From a virus (lineage: Duplodnaviria; Caudoviricetes), in IMG/VR virus record IMGVR_UViG_3300020183_004978, positions 1 to 52,563 of that record: a stretch of DNA of 52,563 bases, one strand, 5' to 3'. The notes under the pieces were generated by a model, which was not told where the DNA came from, ran no database searches, and saw only the letters and a list, made by a program, of their open reading frames with translations. Below, piece after piece: positions 46,365 through 52,563 of this stretch (position 1 is its first letter; every line of letters starts with the position of its first letter). The position numbers and the translations under genes are program-made.

Positions 46365-47618
46365 TTATTCGTATTTTATAACACCTTCAATAACATCGCA
46401 CCAGCCCTTTGATTTTGAGTGAGGCCAAACTCTAGTAGAGTATGGTAATTGCAAGCTTTCGTACTCTCTCCAAATGTGTATGAATTGATCTGTAGCAGAA
46501 GCGTTCATAATAGATTTTATTTCGTTTTCATCTGCGTCTTTTCTGTGTAAATCTTTGCCTTCTTCGTCTAAGAAAGCGACGGCAAAGAAATCGTAATCTG
46601 TCTCTGTAAGAGATCCTTTGTACACGTTTATGCAGTGTTTTTGAACGTTCATCAAGCCAGATTCATAGTCTCCTTGAGTAGGAGGAAAGTTGTTATCTCT
46701 TGTGTAAGAGTGAATTTGCCTAGTAGAGAATTTTAATCCAGAGTAAACTTCGTAATCGTACAAACTTCTGACGTTTCCGAAAGCGTAGGCTCCCATTGTT
46801 TTTTTTCTTTGGCAAGAAGAACACCCGTCTTCCATGCCAAATAAAATTCTGAACCTCTTGTAAGAGTTCTTATCCCTCTCTGACCAATCGGAGCTATCGT
46901 CCCAGTGTTTTTTCTTTCCTTCTCTAGTGTATTCGTGATAAACTATGGGTTTGTGAGGAGAAAATAAATCGTACCCCCAAGTGTACGCTCGAGCAGCCAA
47001 AGACGTCTCTTCTCCGTGAAAGTAAAGCTCTGGATCGTAGGGCACTTCTCTAGCAAAAGATCCGAGGGTGAAGACGAAGTGCGCTGATAAGAACCTTGTT
47101 GGAAATGGTTCCTTCAAATCCCTCCAGTTGTCCACGTGATGGGGTCTCAGGAACGCGGCGCCTTCGGGTAAAAACCTATCTATGTTTAGACCCCACACTT
47201 CTTGCAATTTACTCTCCGTTTTAGGATCGTAAGAAGGAAGGTACGAGCTTATAAGGGGTTTTTCGTAACCCTTACACCTTAAAAAATTAACATAATCCTT
47301 TAACGTAGAGTCCCAGTGTTTTTCGAATCTGTGATGTGAGTCCAACTGTAAGTAATAGTCCTCCCCAGAGTACAGTTTTTGTATCTCGCTTCTGGCCCAA
47401 CAAACCCCCTGAGCGTCTTTGTAGTCTATGTCAAGTATAGAAAACCTATCATCGTTTTCATACTCTTTAAGATCGTCCCACTCGTCTTCTAGAGCGTGTT
47501 GCCACGCGATGGCAATTCTTAAGTTTTTGGGGTTTTTTGCTTTATTAATTAAATCCCTTAGAGTTTTTTTAAGTTCAGGATCCCTATAAGAGGCGATCGA
47601 AACGAATGTTAATTTCAT
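46365..47618 (-). CDS. GT60-like polypeptide/hydroxyproline GlcNAc transferase, paralog 1
   Basis: FVSIASYRDPE, GVCWAR, YYLQLDSHHRF..WD, FHGEE..LAARAYTWGYDLFSP, R.L.DYE.Y.G. Confidence 0.8.
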   Translation of the reverse strand: MKLTFVSIASYRDPELKKTLRDLINKAKNPKNLRIAIAWQHALEDEWDDLKEYENDDRFSILDIDYKDAQGVCWARSEIQKLYSGEDYYLQLDSHHRFEKHWDSTLKDYVNFLRCKGYEKPLISSYLPSYDPKTESKLQEVWGLNIDRFLPEGAAFLRPHHVDNWRDLKEPFPTRFLSAHFVFTLGSFAREVPYDPELYFHGEETSLAARAYTWGYDLFSPHKPIVYHEYTREGKKKHWDDSSDWSERDKNSYKRFRILFGMEDGCSSCQRKKTMGAYAFGNVRSLYDYEVYSGLKFSTRQIHSYTRDNNFPPTQGDYESGLMNVQKHCINVYKGSLTETDYDFFAVAFLDEEGKDLHRKDADENEIKSIMNASATDQFIHIWREYESLQLPYSTRVWPHSKSKGWCDVIEGVIKYE

Positions 47619-47676
47619 ATGTAACCTTATGTATTTAGTGACTGCTTAAAAAATAATAAAGTCAAGCATCATTATT

Positions 47677-50600
47677 TTACAGTTGTACGCAATATGGATC
47701 GTCGCAATCCGCTACGGTACCGTCGTTTCCTCCAAAATTAGTGGTATCAAAGGTCATTTCTATAAAACTATCGATTTCAAAACACTCTCCAAAATTTGAA
47801 GAATTTGCTTTGTAATAATTACCTACCGTTAACGCGTTATTTGTCACTAATACTGAAGTACCGCCATCGCTACACCTAGTGGCGTTATACTTGTAGTTCG
47901 TTGGTATAGGAGTACCTGTAGGAGTGGGTGATACTGTATTACTTGGTGTGACTGTGTTACTTGGTGTGACTGTGTTACTTGGTGTGACTGTCGGTGTTTT
48001 CGTAATAGAAGGAGTGGGAGTGGGAGTTGCTGGTACGCAACACGATCCGTTGCTAATAACCGTAAACACCGCTGTGGTTCCATAACTACACCCTGGACAT
48101 GAGATAGCTGTTTCTTGTATCGATATGTTATTAGAATAGGGTCTATTTGCATCTACGCATATTTCAGAACCTGATTCGGCTCCACCCTCAAAGAACAATC
48201 CACTGCAATCGAAATAGTTAAACGAACTGTTATTAGTTATTACGGCCTCTTGACAATCACAATAGTGTGGAGATTTGCTAGTGTCTACACACAGCGGCGA
48301 ACTTCCATAACTAGTATTTCCTGTCGATACAGATCCGGAACGTAACACTCCATTGCAATCGAAGTAATATATGTCTCCTGCTGTTGTAACATTTATATTC
48401 ACAGAAGTAACACAATTATTACATGGAGTTGTACTTGGAGTATTAGTTGGAGTGACAGTGTTGCTAGGTGTCACTGTGTTACTCGGTGTCACTGTGTTGC
48501 TAGGCGTCATTGTGCTACTAGGTGTCACTGTGTTGCTAGGCGTGACTGTGTTACTTGGCGTCACTGTGTTGCTAGGTGTCACTGTGTTGCTAGGCGTGAC
48601 TGTATTACTTGGTGTGACTGTGTTACTTGGCGTGACTGTGTTACTTGGTGTTTCACTAGGTGTCACAGTGTTACTTGGTGTCACTGTATTACTTGGCGTG
48701 ACTGTGTTGCTAGGCGTGACTGTGTTACTTGGCGTGACTGTGTTACTTGGTGTCACTGTATTACTTGGCGTGACTGTGTTGCTAGGCGTGACTGTGTTAC
48801 TTGGCGTCACTGTGTTGCTAGGTGTGACTGTGTTGCTAGGCGTGACTGTATTACTTGGTGTGACTGTGTTACTTGGCGTGACTGTGTTACTTGGTGTTTC
48901 ACTAGGTGTCACTGTGTTGCTAGGTGTGACTGTGTTACTTGGCGTCACTGTATTGCTAGGTGTGACTGTGTTGCTAGGCGTGACTGTGTTACTTGGTGTG
49001 ACTGTGTTGCTAGGCGTGACTGTGTTGCTAGGCGTGACTGTGTTACTTGGTGTGACTGTGTTACTTGGCGTGACCGTGTTACTCGGTGTTTCACTAGGTG
49101 TCACTGTGTTGCTAGGTGTGACTGTGTTACTTGGTGTCACTGTGTTGCTAGGTGTGACTGTGTTACTTGGCGTCACTGTGTTGCTGGGTGTGACTGTATT
49201 ACTTGGTGTGACCGTGTTACTTGGCGTGACTGTGTTACTTGGTGTGACCGTGTTACTTGGTGTTTCACTAGGTGTCACTGTGTTACTTGGTGTCACTGTA
49301 TTACTTGGAGTGACTGTATTACTTGGTGTGACTGTGTTACTTGGCGTGACCGTGTTACTTGGTGTCACTGTATTACTTGGAGTGACTGTATTACTTGGTG
49401 TGACCGTGTTACTTGGCGTGACTGTATTACTTGGTGTGACCGTGTTACTTGGTGTTTCACTAGGTGTCACTGTGTTACTTGGTGTCACTGTGTTACTTGG
49501 AGTGACTGTATTACTTGGTGTGACTGTGTTACTTGGCGTGACCGTGTTACTTGGTGTCACTGTATTACTTGGTGTGACTGTGTTACTTGGCGTGACTGTA
49601 TTACTTGGCGTAACTGTGTTACTTGGCGTGATGCTAGGTGTGACAGTACTAGATGGCGTTATAGATGGAGTTTTGGTTACAGAAGGAGTTGGGGAAGGAG
49701 ATACGGGAGCGCAAGTAGTGATCGAGGTGATCACTCCATTGTTGTCTGTAACGACCAGGTAGTTAGTGGATCCGTTCAACCACTTTATCACGTGACCAGA
49801 AGCACCGGTCTTGAGAGGAACGCTCAACACTCCACTGTAGTTTTTCGTGTATAATGTGATACCTGTGACTATTGCAGCGCCCTCTGAAGAGTAAGAATAC
49901 ACACTACCCATCAAAAACGCTGCGTCTGCGCAAACTACTCCATCGTATGTTGGGTGTTCGTATACCAGATCACACTCTGTGAAATTTATAATTTCTCCAT
50001 CAGTATTTGTTTCTATGGAATACCTACCTCCGGACCAAGTTATGAGATCGTTGGTTCCGTACGTGTAAAGGGGAACGCTTAGCGTGTTTCCTACTCTTAC
50101 TGTGTATACAACGATACCCAGTCTCATGGATCCAACATTATAGGAGTATACTGTTCCTATCGGAGATGTCAATACATCTGAACAGCTCACATTTCCATAA
50201 CTTGTTTCTTCCCTGGGAGTCGTAGAAGTTCCTATAGTGGAACTAGGAGTGTTGGTGGGTGTCACCGTAACTGTCAAGCTAGGAGTGACGCTGGTAGTAG
50301 TCGTAGGGCTGTTAGTGGTGGTGGGCGTAATAGTTTTGGTAGGGTTGGGAGTGACTTGAGGGGTTACGCTGGGAGTATTTGTAACAGTAACGCTTGGGGT
50401 TACAGTGTTTGTGGGAGTGATAGAAGGAGTGGCTGTAGAGGTAGGTGTTACGCTTGGCGATAGTCCAGTAGTAGAAGTGTTCGTTGGCGTGATTGTGATT
50501 GTGGGAGTGTTAGTGGCGGTAACGCTAGGAGTGACAGAAGGAGTTGCCCCCACCAGTGAAACTGTACTAGACTCCGGCGAAGGCGAGCACGTATCGTTAT

Positions 50601-50769
50601 TTATTAGCGTAACGCTTGTCGCTGAAAAGGGAATGTCTATTGGCACTCCCGCGACCAAGTCTACCGTATCTACGTCAGACATCACTAGGTTTGTAGTGTC
50701 GTAGTATATGCTGTACGGACCGCTAGCGAGGTTGTAAGTGGTTAATCGTATAGTGACTTGTCTTCCCAT
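47677..50769 (-). CDS. Mucin-like Thr/Pro/Ser-rich protein with (TPSNTV)n stalk and Cys-rich domains; probable virion appendage
   Basis: 1030 aa; about 60 TPSNTV units; duplicated G.VYSY..LSVPL.T..I.W domain; no signal peptide seen. Confidence 0.8.
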   Translation of the reverse strand: MGRQVTIRLTTYNLASGPYSIYYDTTNLVMSDVDTVDLVAGVPIDIPFSATSVTLINNDTCSPSPESSTVSLVGATPSVTPSVTATNTPTITITPTNTSTTGLSPSVTPTSTATPSITPTNTVTPSVTVTNTPSVTPQVTPNPTKTITPTTTNSPTTTTSVTPSLTVTVTPTNTPSSTIGTSTTPREETSYGNVSCSDVLTSPIGTVYSYNVGSMRLGIVVYTVRVGNTLSVPLYTYGTNDLITWSGGRYSIETNTDGEIINFTECDLVYEHPTYDGVVCADAAFLMGSVYSYSSEGAAIVTGITLYTKNYSGVLSVPLKTGASGHVIKWLNGSTNYLVVTDNNGVITSITTCAPVSPSPTPSVTKTPSITPSSTVTPSITPSNTVTPSNTVTPSNTVTPSNTVTPSNTVTPSNTVTPSNTVTPSNTVTPSNTVTPSETPSNTVTPSNTVTPSNTVTPSNTVTPSNTVTPSNTVTPSNTVTPSNTVTPSNTVTPSNTVTPSETPSNTVTPSNTVTPSNTVTPSNTVTPSNTVTPSNTVTPSNTVTPSNTVTPSNTVTPSETPSNTVTPSNTVTPSNTVTPSNTVTPSNTVTPSNTVTPSNTVTPSNTVTPSNTVTPSNTVTPSETPSNTVTPSNTVTPSNTVTPSNTVTPSNTVTPSNTVTPSNTVTPSNTVTPSNTVTPSNTVTPSNTVTPSNTVTPSNTVTPSETPSNTVTPSNTVTPSNTVTPSNTVTPSNTVTPSNTVTPSNTVTPSSTMTPSNTVTPSNTVTPSNTVTPTNTPSTTPCNNCVTSVNINVTTAGDIYYFDCNGVLRSGSVSTGNTSYGSSPLCVDTSKSPHYCDCQEAVITNNSSFNYFDCSGLFFEGGAESGSEICVDANRPYSNNISIQETAISCPGCSYGTTAVFTVISNGSCCVPATPTPTPSITKTPTVTPSNTVTPSNTVTPSNTVSPTPTGTPIPTNYKYNATRCSDGGTSVLVTNNALTVGNYYKANSSNFGECFEIDSFIEMTFDTTNFGGNDGTVADCDDPYCVQL
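48430..49660 (-). repeat. 18-nt coding tandem repeat (TPSNTV) with five 12-nt TPSE interruptions
   Basis: Interruptions near 48650, 48896, 49088, 49262, 49454; variation is mostly synonymous. Confidence 0.95.
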
Positions 50770-50789
50770 TCTTTTTTATCTGTACGCTT

Positions 50790-51941
50790 TTAACATATTA
50801 TACTACCGTCTAAGGTTATGTAAACAAAGTTGATACCCGCTGATATGGTTACTTGGTAAGTGCAACCGAATCCCGATGAAGGACAAGTAGATGGATCTCC
50901 TGCGATAGTTTTATTGTCCACGTCGCTAAACGTCACCGTGTCTCCGATATTCAGAGGGCCTATGTTAACTAGATTAGCACAACTAGTTGTCAGTGCTCCT
51001 ATATTTATTTGCGCGCCCGTATTTATTTGATATTGTAAGTTTCCATTAGTGTTCACGTACTTACCGAACACTTCCAATTCAGTATAGGGTGTAGTGCTTG
51101 GAGTGACAGTGTTAGTTGGAGTGACAGTGTTAGTTGGAGTGACAGTGTTGCTTGGCGTGACTGTGTTACTTGGTGTGATGCTTGGCGTCACTGTGCTACT
51201 TGGAGTGACAGTGTTAGTTGGAGTAGGGCTTGGAGATCCTCCGGGAGTTTTCGTTACAGTTGGAGTTACTGTGTTAGTGGGAGTATTCGTAGGCGTTTTG
51301 GTATTGGTAGGAGTGTTGGTGGGCGTGACTGTGTTCGAAGGTGTTTGACTTGGAACGACTATCGAGGAGGAATCCTGGTCTATCTCAAACTCAAAACCTT
51401 GTGGGTTTATAAAGTAACACACGTAGTTTGGGTTGGTGATTATAGCGAAAGCTTGAGAGTATATTATGTTTCCCACCTTTACGTTGGAAGCATTCATATC
51501 TAGCAAATTTCCGTTTCCATCGTCATATATATTGTAATTGGCGCTGCTGAGAAGGAAACTCTTCCTTGCTATCTGTTCTCCAAAAACGTTTCTAGGAATG
51601 TACAAAGCCGCTATTTCGGCTCCTGATTGGGTTGGAAAGAATCTTACGTCCTCGTCCATGGAACCCGATGCCGCTGTAGATTGGTAGCTAGAATCGTAAG
51701 CCGATCCACTTCCAAGCAAACTACCAGAAATGTAATTTCTGTAAAAAAGTTGTTCTATTAAGTTGTAATTGATTTTGAATTGGGGGGTTTTTCGACTAGA
51801 GGTTACAGGAGTATTAATCCCCCTTACTATCGAAATACCTACGCTATTAAAATTACTATCAGAATATGAAGCAGAGTACTTTAACTTTACGGGAGCGGTC
51901 GAAATATCAGAAAACTTAATAGTATTCTTTGACCTACTCAT
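50790..51941 (-). CDS. Structural protein: phage N-terminal domain + TP[ST]NT[VP] linker + Cys-containing C-terminal domain
   Basis: IPR..FGE.I...SF......DDGNGNL......VGNIIY, followed by a T/P-rich tract. Confidence 0.7.
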   Translation of the reverse strand: MSRSKNTIKFSDISTAPVKLKYSASYSDSNFNSVGISIVRGINTPVTSSRKTPQFKINYNLIEQLFYRNYISGSLLGSGSAYDSSYQSTAASGSMDEDVRFFPTQSGAEIAALYIPRNVFGEQIARKSFLLSSANYNIYDDGNGNLLDMNASNVKVGNIIYSQAFAIITNPNYVCYFINPQGFEFEIDQDSSSIVVPSQTPSNTVTPTNTPTNTKTPTNTPTNTVTPTVTKTPGGSPSPTPTNTVTPSSTVTPSITPSNTVTPSNTVTPTNTVTPTNTVTPSTTPYTELEVFGKYVNTNGNLQYQINTGAQINIGALTTSCANLVNIGPLNIGDTVTFSDVDNKTIAGDPSTCPSSGFGCTYQVTISAGINFVYITLDGSIIC

Positions 51942-51976
51942 TATTTTTCTTTGAGATTTTTAAGTCTTTTCCAAAA

Positions 51977-52563
51977 TTAAAAGTCTAATTTTACGCGAAT
52001 TAAACACTCTTTCGTAAAGTCTTTTACCAGTGGTTTTGATAGTTTTGCTACGGCTAACAATTCGTTGTTATCGTTATACATACCTACCGTTGTTATGTAA
52101 GTTTGGGGACTGAATATGAAATCAGAGTATACTAAATCTCCAGATCCAGAAGTAAAAGATGGATTTGTTGTGTAATTGTAATCTCCATTTTTTATCCTAA
52201 CAAAAACGTAATCTGAGGATATAGTCTCTTTTGAGTTTAGTTGAAAACTATTTGCACCGGTGTTAGTCATAAAAGTAAACAGAGTAGTTTCAGCGGCTTT
52301 AGAATTTACGTTCGAAAAAGTAGGTGCGGTAAACGAAAGACCTCCATTAGCATACGTTAATGATAAAGCCCTAGGATTAAGAACTATCAATCCTACGTCA
52401 GGTAAAAACAAACCGTAAGAACCACTGACTGTGTATCCCTTAGTGGCTCCACTTAGGGTGGGAGAGTTTCTTGCGGTTCCATTAGAACCCGAAACTATAT
52501 CGTACGCCCTTCCGCAATCCAAAAAGGTGACGACGGTAACATCGTTAGAATTATCTGTTAATT
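51977..52563 (-). CDS. Structural protein, 5'-partial
   Basis: Frame is open to the window end (LTDNSNDVTVVTFLDCGR...); YNYTTNPSF..PQTYITTVGMYNDNNELLAVAKLSKPL.KDF..E.LIRVKLDF. Confidence 0.75.
   Translation of the reverse strand, partial: LTDNSNDVTVVTFLDCGRAYDIVSGSNGTARNSPTLSGATKGYTVSGSYGLFLPDVGLIVLNPRALSLTYANGGLSFTAPTFSNVNSKAAETTLFTFMTNTGANSFQLNSKETISSDYVFVRIKNGDYNYTTNPSFTSGSGDLVYSDFIFSPQTYITTVGMYNDNNELLAVAKLSKPLVKDFTKECLIRVKLDF

Noticed and set aside
38863-47618. Bacterial LPS or capsule locus (host DNA or prophage flank)
   Set aside because: Embedded among co-oriented virion genes; no wzx, wzy, ABC export or nucleotide-sugar synthesis genes
48430-49660. Possible CRISPR array
   Set aside because: Contiguous 18-nt units without unique spacers, in frame within a CDS; no cas genes
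48371-49762. 463 aa + strand (GVTVLL)n ORF resembling a membrane protein
   Set aside because: Antisense mirror of the TPSNTV repeat; the flanking unique domains make sense only on the minus strand
1-52563. Alternative genetic code (stop codon reassignment)
   Set aside because: Genes are intact and tightly packed under the standard code; TAA, TAG and TGA all end genes; no suppressor tRNA

Overview
This window is the virion morphogenesis region of a large T4-like, contractile-tailed phage; it resembles the Far-T4/RM378-type group and the host is probably Bacteroidota (inference). All credible genes are on the minus strand. The structural backbone comprises baseplate genes, tape measure, a tail chaperone pair, tube, sheath, neck proteins, PhoH, gp23-like major capsid protein, scaffold and two tRNAs. 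Two large modification cassettes are embedded in it, each directly downstream of a highly repetitive Thr-rich protein. (1) Mucin-like (TPSNTV)n proteins are followed by two GT60-like polypeptide GlcNAc transferases and seven further glycosyl/methyltransferases. (2) A tail fibre with proline-free collagen tracts is followed by glycosyltransferases, a sulfotransferase, APS kinase, an HxGH nucleotidyltransferase and a 2OG-Fe(II) oxygenase. The main hypothesis is a phage-encoded protein O-glycosylation, methylation and sulfation system that builds a glycan coat on the virion. Other observations: a recurring upstream motif ATATTTAT, a likely programmed frameshift in the tail chaperone, structured 5' leaders, an apparently split structural gene and several gene-replacement scars. 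Family calls come from motif recognition by eye; no database searches were run.
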